A stretch of 32,000 nucleotides of DNA from Candidatus Heimdallarchaeota archaeon (GTDB taxonomy: Archaea > Asgardarchaeota > Heimdallarchaeia > JABLTI01): positions 1-32,000 of the forward strand of contig JAUWKS010000034.1 in the NCBI GenBank assembly GCA_030614005.1, in the 5' to 3' direction. A model generated the notes under the pieces. The model made no database searches, was not told where the DNA came from, and saw only the letters and a program-made list of their open reading frames with translations. Of this stretch, positions 16,273 through 26,201 are shown piece by piece (positions within the stretch are counted from its first letter, which is position 1; every line of letters starts with the position of its first letter). Both the position numbers and the translations under genes were made by a program.

Positions 16273-17346
16273 ATGAAAAAAAGTAAATTAACAACAATAA
16301 TGATTTTTTCATTATTACTAGTCTCAAGTATTGCGGTAATAACACCAATTGTAATTACTAGAGCAGATACACCAATGATCAAAAAGTTACCTTCTTACAT
16401 GAAACCTACGGCTATAGATGCAAAGGCTACATTGATTACAAATCCTACCAATGGTGAAACCGTTTCAGGTACAGTTACAATAACAACTTCATCAGCTGCC
16501 TTTATATCAATTGATGGGGTTAGAGTTGCACGAAAAGTAACTAGCTTTTCATGGGATACTACTAATTATGAGAATGGTGATCACACCATAAACGCCCGAT
16601 ATCGAAGAGACAGTGAAACAATTACTGTAACAGTTGATAATGGCGGTACTCCACCACCTCCTCCTGAGGATGGAAAATATGCAGTAGTTATTGGAATTGC
16701 AGACTACGAAGGATCCCAAAACGACTTGTGGAATCCTGATGAAGATGCACGGGAATTCAGAGATGTTCTAATTGGCAATGGTTATGCAACTGAAAACATT
16801 AAATATTTACTAGATAGTCAAGCAACTGCTCAAGGTATCTATGATGCTATTGACTGGTTAGTTAATATTGAAGGACCTGATGATGAAGTTGTCTTCTTCT
16901 ATTCCGGACATGGATTCCAAGTAAATGATGCCGATGGTTGGGATACAGACAGCGAGACCGATGGAAAAGACGAAGGTATCGTATCATGGGATACTTACGG
17001 CTTACCTGATGGAGATTTAAGAGATGCTTTTGCAGGTCTTGAATCAAATAAAATTGCTATGGTCTACTGTTCATGCCACGCTGGTGGTATGTTTGATGAC
17101 AATGACGATCTTCAAGGAGCTAATCGTATTATTGCTGCTGCATGTAAAGCAGATCAATACGGTTGGGACTATTTGAACCTTGTAAATACACTATACTTCT
17201 ATTACTTTGGCGATTTCGGATTGTTACGCAATAATGCTGACTCAATTGAATCCGCACATGTCTATGCTTATCCATTTGTTGTTGCTGAACAATCTGATTC
17301 TCAACCACAACTCTACGACAATTACCCTGGAGAATTTTATCTTTAA
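16273..17346 (+). CDS. Secreted caspase-like (C14) cysteine peptidase with N-terminal Ig-like domain
   Basis: Signal peptide; Ig-like ITNPTNGETVSGTVTIT..WDTTNYENGDHTI; PPPPP linker; KYAVVIGIADY, FFYSGHG (His), CSCHAGG (Cys). Confidence 0.85.
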   Translation: MKKSKLTTIMIFSLLLVSSIAVITPIVITRADTPMIKKLPSYMKPTAIDAKATLITNPTNGETVSGTVTITTSSAAFISIDGVRVARKVTSFSWDTTNYENGDHTINARYRRDSETITVTVDNGGTPPPPPEDGKYAVVIGIADYEGSQNDLWNPDEDAREFRDVLIGNGYATENIKYLLDSQATAQGIYDAIDWLVNIEGPDDEVVFFYSGHGFQVNDADGWDTDSETDGKDEGIVSWDTYGLPDGDLRDAFAGLESNKIAMVYCSCHAGGMFDDNDDLQGANRIIAAACKADQYGWDYLNLVNTLYFYYFGDFGLLRNNADSIESAHVYAYPFVVAEQSDSQPQLYDNYPGEFYL

Positions 17347-17475
17347 TTCTCCCCCTTTTTATTTTTATTCGGAAATTTTTGAAATTCTATAAACTCTTGT
17401 ATTTCTTCGCGCAATATGTAAATCTTACTTGCCTTTAAGTAATGTAAAAGCTAATTCTAAAGTCCACTTTAAAGA

Positions 17476-20400
17476 ATGCTAGGAGCTTGCGTTTTGGAAT
17501 TAGTTCATTCAGTTTGGAATAAAGATAATTTCTACATTTGGGTTGAAACATTTGACTCACTTTTCGAAAGAAAAAATTTTCAAACTGAAAAACGAATAAT
17601 TGCTAATTCAACAAAACTTCCCTCTGCTAGAAGTATTAACCAAATATTGAAGTTATTACGAATAGCCGGTTTGGAGGATATTTCTAACAGTTCTGTAAAA
17701 GCAAGTACAATCGATATTAACCTTCCCAATACTAACTGTGAAGTGGAAGCTCTTGCTATTCCCCCTTTTGAGATAATGGATTTCTTATTACAGCCGTTAG
17801 AAAATAAAACGGAATATTTCTCTTTAAGTAGTTCCACAAAATTTTGGTTGGAGCTAGCTAAATTCGTTTTAGAGATTATTGCTAAAGAAAAATTTCTACC
17901 TTATATTCATATTGAAAAAAGAAATACTACTGAAACCATTTTTCTTGGTAAGTGGAAAGCGATATTAGATTTGAAAGTTGAGTCAAAATTAGTGCAATTT
18001 TCACAAGAATTAATTGATAATAACTTTGATGATTCTCTAGACTTTCTAGCAGCAAGAGATTTAATTCTATCGTTCATCAATACTTTACTCGATTCTTTTA
18101 TCAGAAATAAGCTTGGTGTCTTTCTTCCGAAATACAAGAATAACATTGATATCCAAACTTCTGAAATTGCTCGAGATTGGTTTCAATCTCTTTTTGATTC
18201 TGAAAAGGAAGCGATAGTTTATTCCACAAATGAATTTGATGTTTTCTTAGGCACGTTAAATGCTTGGTTAAATAATGCTCTTCCACGAAAAAATGCTAAC
18301 CCTTTTCGATTGTGTTTGAAATTAACTCCACCAAGCGAAGATGTGGTTGGTGCAGATGAATCCATTTGGAAACTCGAATACTATCTACAGGCACAGAATG
18401 ATCCTAGCTTAATCATACCTGCTCAAGATATTTGGAATAGTAAAACTGGAACGATAGCTTTTCTCGAGACAAGGTTTGAGAACCCCCAAGAGAGACTACT
18501 AATCGATTTAGGTAAAGTCTCGAGGGTCTATCCGAAGATTGAGGAAAGCTTACAGAAAGCGTTTCCAGCAGAACTCTTCATTGAAAAGGACGAAGCTTTT
18601 GAATTTCTGGAAAATTACTCAAAAATATTGGAAGACCAAGGTTTTGTTGTGCTATTACCTGCGTGGTGGAAAAATCCTCCTAAAGATGTTGATCTCTTAT
18701 TAAAGATAAAACCTAGTTGCGAAGGTGCTGCAAAAACAACAACAGGCATTTTTCGGTTAAACTCTTTCTTGAATTTTGAGTGGGAAATAGCCATAAATGG
18801 TACACAACTATCTATTGAAGAATTTGAGAAATTAGCTGAACTTCGAGTGCCTTTCGTTAGAATACGTGGTCAATGGATAAAAATGGATCAAGAACGGATT
18901 AATCAAATGTTGGATTTAATCAAAAACAAGTACAAAAGAAAGACAATCTCCTCTGTTGAAGCTTTACTGCTAGCAATAATGGAAGACTCCGAAGAAGATT
19001 CACTATTTGATTTATCAATGGATGAAATACCTGCATTTCGAAACTTTACTAAGAGAATCGGTGCTTCAAGTAAAATAGAATTACTGCCTACTCCAACGAA
19101 TTTTCAAGGGGAATTGCGTCCTTATCAAATTGAAGGCTTTTCATGGATGAATTTTCTCCAAGATTATAGTTTTGGTGTTTGTCTAGCTGATGATATGGGT
19201 CTAGGAAAAACAATTCAATTAATTGCTTTATTATTACGAACAAAAAATCAAATGACAACGCCATTGAATCCTTCTCTATTAATTTGCCCAACATCTATAA
19301 TTGGAAACTGGTTACGAGAAATTAACCGATTCGCTCCTACACTAAATGCATTAATTTATCATGGCCCAGAGAGACCAAACAGCGAAGAATTTGAAGGAAT
19401 ACTCGAGACATATGATATTGTTATTACAACTTACAATTTAGCACAACGTGATTTTTCAACACTTAATAAAATAGAATGGTATAATATTATTCTTGATGAA
19501 GCACAGAACATAAAGAATCCTCATGCAAAACAAACACGTGCTATTAAAAAACTAGAAAGCAAGTATAAAATTGCCCTTACTGGGACACCGATTGAAAATC
19601 GTCTATCTGAATTATGGTCAATTATTGATTTCCTTAATCCCGGATATCTCAGCTCTTTGAATGCTTTTAACGAAAATTACATTCAACCAATTGAGAAAAA
19701 TTTTGACAAAAATAAAATCAAACACCTTTCAAAAATAATTCAACCGTTTATTCTGAGGCGATTGAAATCTGATAAATCAATAATTAATGATTTACCAGAG
19801 AAGATGGAATACAATGTCTTTTGTTCACTTACAGAAGAGCAAGCAATTCTTTATGAAGCAGTCATTAAAGATCTCTTTGAACAACTAAATACTGCCCAAG
19901 GAATTCAAAGAAAAGGACTAGTATTAGCTACGATTACTAAATTGAAGCAAATTTGTAATCATCCCGCACAGTTCATGCACGAAGGATCAAAGAAATTAGA
20001 CAACAGATCATGCAAATTTGAGCGATTAGAGGAAATGCTTGAAGAAGTTCTGTCAAATAATGAAAAAGCGTTAATTTTCACCCAGTACAAAGAACTTGGT
20101 AAAATGCTGCAGATTTATCTCGAGAACAAATTTGGTATAGAACCATTATTTCTATCAGGAGATACTTCACAGAAGAATCGTGAGAAAATGATTCAAGCAT
20201 TCCAAAACGAAGACAATCTTGAAAGTCCAAAATTGTTTATTTTATCAATCAAAGCAGGAGGAGTTGGTTTAAACTTAACAAGTGCAAATCACGTTTTTCA
20301 TATAGATCGATGGTGGAATCCAGCAGTTGAAAATCAGGCAACAGATAGAGTATTTAGAATTGGTCAAAAGAAGAACGTAATGGTTCACAAATTTGTTTGT

Positions 20401-20547
20401 ATAGGTACACTAGAAGAAAGCATTGACCATTTGATCAAGCAGAAAATTGGTCTAGCAAATGCGGTTATTTCTTCCGGAGGGTCATTTATGACTGAGCTAT
20501 CCTTAGACGACCTAAGGAATGTTCTAAGTTTAAGAACAATACATTGA
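17476..20547 (+). CDS. SNF2/SWI2-family ATPase (prokaryotic type with DUF3670-like region)
   Basis: LADDMGLGKT, DEAQNIKN, LTGTPIENRLSELW, KAGGVGLNL, DRWWNPAVENQATDR..RIGQ, LPAWW. The true start may be TTG at 17494, after a GGAG RBS. Confidence 0.95.
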   Translation: MLGACVLELVHSVWNKDNFYIWVETFDSLFERKNFQTEKRIIANSTKLPSARSINQILKLLRIAGLEDISNSSVKASTIDINLPNTNCEVEALAIPPFEIMDFLLQPLENKTEYFSLSSSTKFWLELAKFVLEIIAKEKFLPYIHIEKRNTTETIFLGKWKAILDLKVESKLVQFSQELIDNNFDDSLDFLAARDLILSFINTLLDSFIRNKLGVFLPKYKNNIDIQTSEIARDWFQSLFDSEKEAIVYSTNEFDVFLGTLNAWLNNALPRKNANPFRLCLKLTPPSEDVVGADESIWKLEYYLQAQNDPSLIIPAQDIWNSKTGTIAFLETRFENPQERLLIDLGKVSRVYPKIEESLQKAFPAELFIEKDEAFEFLENYSKILEDQGFVVLLPAWWKNPPKDVDLLLKIKPSCEGAAKTTTGIFRLNSFLNFEWEIAINGTQLSIEEFEKLAELRVPFVRIRGQWIKMDQERINQMLDLIKNKYKRKTISSVEALLLAIMEDSEEDSLFDLSMDEIPAFRNFTKRIGASSKIELLPTPTNFQGELRPYQIEGFSWMNFLQDYSFGVCLADDMGLGKTIQLIALLLRTKNQMTTPLNPSLLICPTSIIGNWLREINRFAPTLNALIYHGPERPNSEEFEGILETYDIVITTYNLAQRDFSTLNKIEWYNIILDEAQNIKNPHAKQTRAIKKLESKYKIALTGTPIENRLSELWSIIDFLNPGYLSSLNAFNENYIQPIEKNFDKNKIKHLSKIIQPFILRRLKSDKSIINDLPEKMEYNVFCSLTEEQAILYEAVIKDLFEQLNTAQGIQRKGLVLATITKLKQICNHPAQFMHEGSKKLDNRSCKFERLEEMLEEVLSNNEKALIFTQYKELGKMLQIYLENKFGIEPLFLSGDTSQKNREKMIQAFQNEDNLESPKLFILSIKAGGVGLNLTSANHVFHIDRWWNPAVENQATDRVFRIGQKKNVMVHKFVCIGTLEESIDHLIKQKIGLANAVISSGGSFMTELSLDDLRNVLSLRTIH

Positions 20548-20559
20548 GGTGATTACTGA

Positions 20560-21468
20560 TTGCAAGAAGACGATAAAAGAGTTCAACGATTTCTAACCAA
20601 GACAAGGCAAGTAAAAGATGGTCTCACACTTAACACAGTAGAAGAAAATCGAAATTGGTGGACAGAGCAATGGATAGAATTGATCGAAAAATTGGAGTCA
20701 GGAAATAGATTAGCCCAAGGAAAAAATGTTGCTAAGAATGGTCAAGTGATTTACATCAAAGTTCAGAAAGGGTTCATTATAGCAAAAGTTCAAGGTGAGC
20801 GCCTAAAACCCTATCAAATTCGTATAGAAGTAAATAACCTCTCAGAAGAGATTTGGGGAGATATTCTTGCTGAAATTGCTTCAAATGCCTATCTAGTTGC
20901 AAAATTATTTGCTAATAAATTACCAGAACAGATTAATGAGATATTTACGAAAAGGAATACTTCACTGATTCCGTTTATGGAGCAAGATTTACGAGCAGGA
21001 TGCACTTGTGCGGATTGGGCAAATCCTTGTAAACATTCTGCTGCTGTTTTACTCATTTTAGCTGATATGTTAGATGAAGATCCATTTTTATTGTTTAAAT
21101 TGCGTGGAAAAACCAAAGAAGAGCTATTTGAAATATTCCGTGTAAAGCGTAACAATCTAGCGAACGAAAAATCCACTATTACTCGTGTTGGTGTCCGAAT
21201 CCTTTCAGATAGTTATGATAAAGAGATTGGTTTAACTGAAAACTCATTATTAGATAATCTTGTTAGTGAGCTATATTCATACGAAAGAAATAACTATGAA
21301 GCAAGCACCAAACTAGAAGATGCAACAACCTCTGCAAATATTTGGTCAGAAATAGAGGACTCCCCATTTATTATCAATGGTGAAAATCTTAAGAGGTTGC
21401 TTGAAAATAGTTATCAAGTAGCAAAAAACATTGCTCGAAAAAATATTCCAATCCATAGTAAATTTTGA
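20560..21468 (+). CDS. SWIM zinc-finger protein, SNF2 partner
   Basis: CTCADWANPCKH (CxC..CxH); WW..QWI and RL.QG motifs; TTG start with GAGGTGAT RBS 12 nt after the SNF2 stop. Confidence 0.9.
   Translation: MQEDDKRVQRFLTKTRQVKDGLTLNTVEENRNWWTEQWIELIEKLESGNRLAQGKNVAKNGQVIYIKVQKGFIIAKVQGERLKPYQIRIEVNNLSEEIWGDILAEIASNAYLVAKLFANKLPEQINEIFTKRNTSLIPFMEQDLRAGCTCADWANPCKHSAAVLLILADMLDEDPFLLFKLRGKTKEELFEIFRVKRNNLANEKSTITRVGVRILSDSYDKEIGLTENSLLDNLVSELYSYERNNYEASTKLEDATTSANIWSEIEDSPFIINGENLKRLLENSYQVAKNIARKNIPIHSKF
21347..21451 (+). repeat. Direct repeat A, copy 1 (3' end of SWIM gene)
   Basis: 105 bp, ungapped alignment to 25057-25161, about 10 mismatches by manual count. Confidence 0.9.
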
Positions 21469-21478
21469 AGAGGTTTTT

Positions 21479-21709
21479 TTATTTTAGCAATTTGATAAAA
21501 TCTTCTAGAGAGAGTTCGGCATATAAAAGAATCATATTTAAAGTACCCTTTTTCAATTGCTTAAGTAATGGGACGGTAACTTTCAGAACTCTTTCTTCAG
21601 AATGTTTTTCTAATCTTACATGACTTCCTTTCTGTCGTACTGCTTTAAAACCTACTTTAGTTAGAGCTTTTATTACTTCTTTTCCAGAAACAACAGGTTG
21701 TTTCTTCTA
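21479..21709 (-). pseudogene. hicA: HicA-family mRNA-interferase toxin lacking a start codon (not in the ORF track)
   Basis: Translation KKQPVVSGKEVIKALTKVGFKAVRQKGSHVRLEK...VTVPLLKQLKKGTLNMIL...EDFIKLLK*. The codon in the start position (21709-21707) is TAG; no alternative early start. Confidence 0.85.
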
Positions 21710-21716
21710 ATTTCCC

Positions 21717-21929
21717 CTAGATAGATATCTCTACTACTTCTGCTTTCTTTCCTTGTAGTTGCTCTTCTATCTCGGCATCATTTATATCTAGGTAAACTTC
21801 AATTGCTTCTTTTATATTCTCTAAAGTTTCCTCTTTTGATTCTCCTTGAGATATACAACCTTGAAGTGAAGGTACGTATACTACGTATCCTCCTTCCTCT
21901 GCTTTCTCTAAAACAACCTTGAAAAGCAT
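21717..21929 (-). CDS. hicB: HicB-family antitoxin (short form, no DNA-binding domain)
   Basis: VVLEKAEEGGYVVYVPSLQGCISQGESKEETLENIKEAIEVYL, a typical HicB core. Confidence 0.9.
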   Translation of the reverse strand: MLFKVVLEKAEEGGYVVYVPSLQGCISQGESKEETLENIKEAIEVYLDINDAEIEEQLQGKKAEVVEISI

Positions 21930-22187
21930 AATATATTATTTCCTTTTATTTTTCAAATACCTTTCTATTATTATTCCATTTTCAGACCACATTTCCTAGG
22001 TATTTGTTCAACCTCATGAAATTTTTAGCATGTGCGAGTTTGGTATTGTGTTTTTCTGAATAAAGTTTAATATTAAAACCAATATATCTAGTACTATCAA
22101 ATCACTAATCAGATTTAGTTATTTAACGAAAAGAAAAAATTCGGATGAAACTTATCGTTTCACCCATTATTAGATAAGAATAGAAAA

Positions 22188-23777
22188 TTATGCTTTCTTC
22201 TTCTTAATTATAACAATTATAATAGTAGCGATAATACTTGTTCCTATAATACCGATTCCAAGAAAAACCAAATCTTCATAGAGAGGTTCTAATCCTGGGA
22301 ACAAACCTTCTGAAGGTGTTGTAATATTCGTGGGAGTAGGTGTTGGAGTAGGAGTTGGTTCAGGTTCAACATCTTTTTCAATGGGGACTATCTCGTAATA
22401 ATGAGCTTCTCCTGCATAATATGATGCTAAAATAATATAATCCCCAGTAAATGTTAAGCCTGCTTCTAATCCATTAACAGGTGCTACAAGGTCAATCGTT
22501 GAATTACCGATTTCTTCTTTTACCGGATCAAAATATTTTATCTTATCTTCAGCTCTTGAAACTGCCCAGATTATGTTTTGATTACTATCAAAGGTTATTC
22601 CATGGAAGTATTCGAGCGGGTATTCAGCAACTATCGTCATATCGTATGGATTTAATTTATACAAGATACTATCGTGACCCATTGCCCAGACGTATACTCC
22701 ATCAAAGGCAAGAGAGACAATCATAACATCTAATGCTGTATGATTAACTAAGAGTATTCCTGCTGTTGAATATGTAAATAAATTGTAGGGCGCTTCCTCT
22801 TGAGCTATCAATAATGTATTTTCATCTAAAGCTGTTATTCCTGCTGGCTGAAATGGAACAGACCAAACACCGCTGTAGATATTTGCTCTATTATATCTAT
22901 AGATTTGTGAAGAATAATTTGCTGTAATGAAATTATATTCATCAGTATATGTTATATCCAAGTTGGATATTGATGATATTTCTTGTCTAAGAAAAACTTC
23001 ACCTGGGTCTGAATTTAATTCTGTTATGGCAACTCGTAGTTCTGTAATGTAATCACTTTCAAACATATGTGTACCATTATTAGCAATTCCAGAATCGTGA
23101 TGGAATGGACTAGCATACCCATCTGAATATAATCCAGTTAAAGGATTAAAGGCTATAACTCGATCAATACCGTAAGAGACACCCCAGATTTGATTATCAA
23201 ACCAAGTAATACCATGTAATACATTCGTGATAGAGATATTTGCTGAAACATCACCTGTATTTGGATTTATTCGAAGAAGACTCATTGAGGCTGTTTCATA
23301 CCCCCAAAGATTTGTACCATCCCACGCTAATCCTCCAATATGTTCATCGAAAACATTTACATGTATTCTTGAGATCTCAGTTCCGGATGTATCCATTTTA
23401 ACTATGGTGCCATTTTTATTGCCAAATGCGAAATAAGAAAGATACAAATCAGTGCCATCTGTAGCAATACCTGTTGAAATGAAAGATATTGAGATATTTG
23501 CTGTGCTAGCTCCTGTAACAACATCATAAGCATAGAGATTGCTTGTTGTGCCATCCACACCATAGATGGATCCATCTAAGTAATCAAATGAATAGAATCC
23601 TATATGAGTGTTAAATGAAGCATCTTCTGAACCTAACATAGTCGTAGGTGTAAAAGCCAAATCATCAAATCCTCCATTTGTATTAGCAATAACATTTCCA
23701 AGGTTATTGTTACTAAACAGCAAACATGGGATAATGAAAGCTACCAAAAACAGAGTTATTTTTCTTTTAATCATCAT
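22188..23777 (-). CDS. Secreted, C-terminally anchored beta-propeller surface protein
   Basis: Signal peptide; repeated GLAWDG.NLW/GITWFD/SLAFDG/GITFD blades; PTPTPTPT linker; TM helix then KKKKA. Confidence 0.8.
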   Translation of the reverse strand: MMIKRKITLFLVAFIIPCLLFSNNNLGNVIANTNGGFDDLAFTPTTMLGSEDASFNTHIGFYSFDYLDGSIYGVDGTTSNLYAYDVVTGASTANISISFISTGIATDGTDLYLSYFAFGNKNGTIVKMDTSGTEISRIHVNVFDEHIGGLAWDGTNLWGYETASMSLLRINPNTGDVSANISITNVLHGITWFDNQIWGVSYGIDRVIAFNPLTGLYSDGYASPFHHDSGIANNGTHMFESDYITELRVAITELNSDPGEVFLRQEISSISNLDITYTDEYNFITANYSSQIYRYNRANIYSGVWSVPFQPAGITALDENTLLIAQEEAPYNLFTYSTAGILLVNHTALDVMIVSLAFDGVYVWAMGHDSILYKLNPYDMTIVAEYPLEYFHGITFDSNQNIIWAVSRAEDKIKYFDPVKEEIGNSTIDLVAPVNGLEAGLTFTGDYIILASYYAGEAHYYEIVPIEKDVEPEPTPTPTPTPTNITTPSEGLFPGLEPLYEDLVFLGIGIIGTSIIATIIIVIIKKKKA

Positions 23778-24078
23778 CTTTAATCACAATATTCTGATAA
23801 TGGTTGAGACTCTATTAATAGATAACGGTCTAAACAAAAATTTGAGCTCCATTATCTTTTAGAATTTTTTTTCGACAAAATAATACTAACGCTTTGTGAA
23901 TTACTTTGATTTGAGTGATATTACCGTACATTACATGGTCTGCATAATTTTGCGATATTAATATGAGCAAAAGAAAGAAAATTAATAGACAGTAAATTGA
24001 GTAATGTTAGCCATTTATGGATGGCTAGCATAAAATATCTATTGGCAATAAAATTGAAGCAATATCGTGGTGTAGTTT

Positions 24079-24846
24079 ATGCCCCAACCTCAATGTGAAC
24101 AATTTCAGTCTATAGTGAAACAAGTTGATTCTGATCCAAATGCTATTGGTCTATTTTTAAGTGGTTCGAGGGGCAAAGAATTACACAAAGAATACTCAGA
24201 TTATGATTTCAGTATAATTCTAATGGATAATACTCCACTAGAAGTAAAAACAAAATTTGAAAAGTTCGATGAACTTGATGGTTTTGATTGTGGAGTATTT
24301 ACATTATCTGAATTAAAGGAATATGCAGAATTAGGAACAGAATGTGAATGGGACCGGTATAGCTTTGCTCATGTAAAAGCAACTATTGATAAAACAGATG
24401 GTGAACTTCAAAGGATAATAGATGAAAAGGGGAAAATACCAAAAAAGCATTTGCAGAAATATATTTCAGGTTACCTCGATGGGTACATAAATGCTGTATA
24501 TCGTTCAATGAAATGCCTAAGAGATAATTATAATTTTGGTTTTCGTTTAGAAGCAGCAAGTTCTATTAGACTTTTTTTTATTTGTGCATTTGCTGTACAC
24601 GATAGACGATTAACTCCATACCCAAAGTATATCAAATTTGAGTTGGAAAAATTACCATTAACAAAATTCCCATGGACAGCTAAAGAATTAATAGATAAAA
24701 TACAAAAAATCCTTGAAACAGGTGATTATAAAATACAGCAAGAATTACTAATAGAAATGGAAAAAATAATGAGAAAAGAAGGATTTGGTGCTGTATTCGA
24801 CTCCTGGGAAGGACAAGATAAATGGACTATGACTTTTAAGTCATAA
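24079..24846 (+). CDS. Pol-beta-superfamily nucleotidyltransferase with C-terminal helical domain
   Basis: LSGSRGK..YSDYD (GS + DxD) and a third acidic strand (FDCGV); helical C-terminal half. Substrate unknown. Confidence 0.8.
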   Translation: MPQPQCEQFQSIVKQVDSDPNAIGLFLSGSRGKELHKEYSDYDFSIILMDNTPLEVKTKFEKFDELDGFDCGVFTLSELKEYAELGTECEWDRYSFAHVKATIDKTDGELQRIIDEKGKIPKKHLQKYISGYLDGYINAVYRSMKCLRDNYNFGFRLEAASSIRLFFICAFAVHDRRLTPYPKYIKFELEKLPLTKFPWTAKELIDKIQKILETGDYKIQQELLIEMEKIMRKEGFGAVFDSWEGQDKWTMTFKS

Positions 24847-25051
24847 TTCCATTTCAGTAATTATTCTCAATTAGTCAGTTCTTTTATCATTCCTCAGTAA
24901 TTGGTGCACCACAATAAGGACAAGAAACTAAACTCTCTGGTGGTAGTTTAACTCTACAGAAAGGACATTTATCCTTCTTTCTTCTAATTTTTGGAAGTGA
25001 TTCTCCAGTTTCAAGGGCTTTTACAGCAATAGTTTTCTGTTTTTTAATAAC
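24829..25051 (-). pseudogene. Direct repeat B, copy 1: NTase 3' tip, intergenic DNA and orphan 3' fragment of the zinc-ribbon membrane-protein gene
   Basis: 223 bp, ungapped alignment to 29110-29332, about 29 mismatches; encodes ...CPFCRVKLPPESLVSCPYCGAPITEE* without the gene's 5' part. Confidence 0.9.
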
Positions 25052-25056
25052 ATGAG

Positions 25057-25161
25057 CAGCAATAGAAGACTCTCCATATATAATCAATGGTGAAAATCTT
25101 AAAAGGGTGCTTGAAAATAGTAATCAAGTAGCAAAAAATATTGCTCGAAAAAATATTTCAA
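25057..25161 (+). pseudogene. Direct repeat A, copy 2: orphan 3' fragment of a SWIM gene
   Basis: In-frame IEDSPYIINGENLKRVLENSNQVAKNIARKNI versus IEDSPFIINGENLKRLLENSYQVAKNIARKNI; no start codon. Confidence 0.9.
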
Positions 25162-25186
25162 CAATACAAGATTAAGCTGATGAATA

Positions 25187-26086
25187 ATGGAATTTGGAGT
25201 TCATGATGAAATAGGGAAATTACGTTCTGTTTTAATGCATCGACCTGGTGAGGAAATTAAGAAAGTTACAAAGGAAACTCTACAACAATATCATTTTAGA
25301 GCTGTTCCGAACCTAACTAAAATGCAAGCTGAATTTGATGATTTTACAACCATATTAAAAAACAATAACGTCAAAGTTGTTCTTTTAGAATCACTTACGG
25401 AAAAAACTCATTCACCTAATCTCTATTTCACTCGAGACATTGCTTCTATTACTGAAAAAGGTCTTGTTGTTATGAATATGGCTGTAGAAGCTAGAAAAGG
25501 AGAACCCAAGATAATCAAAGAGGCTCTGAAGAAAGAAATCCCAGTTCATGTTGAAATTAAGAAACCGGGATTATTGGAAGGAGGAGATTTAGTTTTTATT
25601 GATGATGATACAATTGGTATCGGTTTTGGTCCTCGGTCTAACACTCAAGGAATAAAGAAATTAATCGGTAAATTCAAGAAAACTTCCATAAAGGAATTTG
25701 TGCTTATACCACTTCCTTCATTTCGTGTTCATCTAGATGGAGCGTTTATGTTTGTAGGTCACCATTTAACTATTATTCATGAACCTTCAATCAGTCATCA
25801 ACGTGCTCAAATAATTATCGGGAATACAAGTAGAAAGGAACCTTTCTTAGATTATCTGCGTTGGAAAGGCATCAGAACAATTACAGTATCAGATGAGGAA
25901 ACAAAGAATTTTTCTCCAAATGTTTTCTCAATAGGTGCTGGCAAAGTCATTTCCTACGAGTTGAATACTAGAGTAATCAAAGAGTTAGAGAAAAGAGGTT
26001 TAGATGTTATACCAATTAAAGGTAAAGAACTAGTAAAGGGTGGTGGCGGTCCACATTGTATGACGTGCCCGATTTTACGTGATTAG
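25187..26086 (+). CDS. Arginine deiminase/amidinotransferase-family protein (short form)
   Basis: FGVHDEIGKLRSVLMHRPG, FTRD, LEGGD, HLD, GGGGPHCMTCP. Confidence 0.9.
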   Translation: MEFGVHDEIGKLRSVLMHRPGEEIKKVTKETLQQYHFRAVPNLTKMQAEFDDFTTILKNNNVKVVLLESLTEKTHSPNLYFTRDIASITEKGLVVMNMAVEARKGEPKIIKEALKKEIPVHVEIKKPGLLEGGDLVFIDDDTIGIGFGPRSNTQGIKKLIGKFKKTSIKEFVLIPLPSFRVHLDGAFMFVGHHLTIIHEPSISHQRAQIIIGNTSRKEPFLDYLRWKGIRTITVSDEETKNFSPNVFSIGAGKVISYELNTRVIKELEKRGLDVIPIKGKELVKGGGGPHCMTCPILRD

Positions 26087-26201
26087 GATGTAGCGAGAGA
26101 TTAATTCACTGAATGATTAAACTATGGCTGAAACTATACTTGAAATATTTTAATCCATAATAAAAAAAAGAAAGAATAAGACGGTTGCTAAACGTCTCTG
26201 T

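Noticed and set aside
21960-22075. Possible decayed gene fragment upstream of hicB
   Set aside because: Short translations with stops and no recognisable homology.
24887-25087. 66-aa zinc-ribbon ORF listed in the ORF track
   Set aside because: Its first residues come from the antisense SWIM fragment and the junction; the rest is an orphan 3' gene fragment, so it is treated as a recombination scar rather than a gene.
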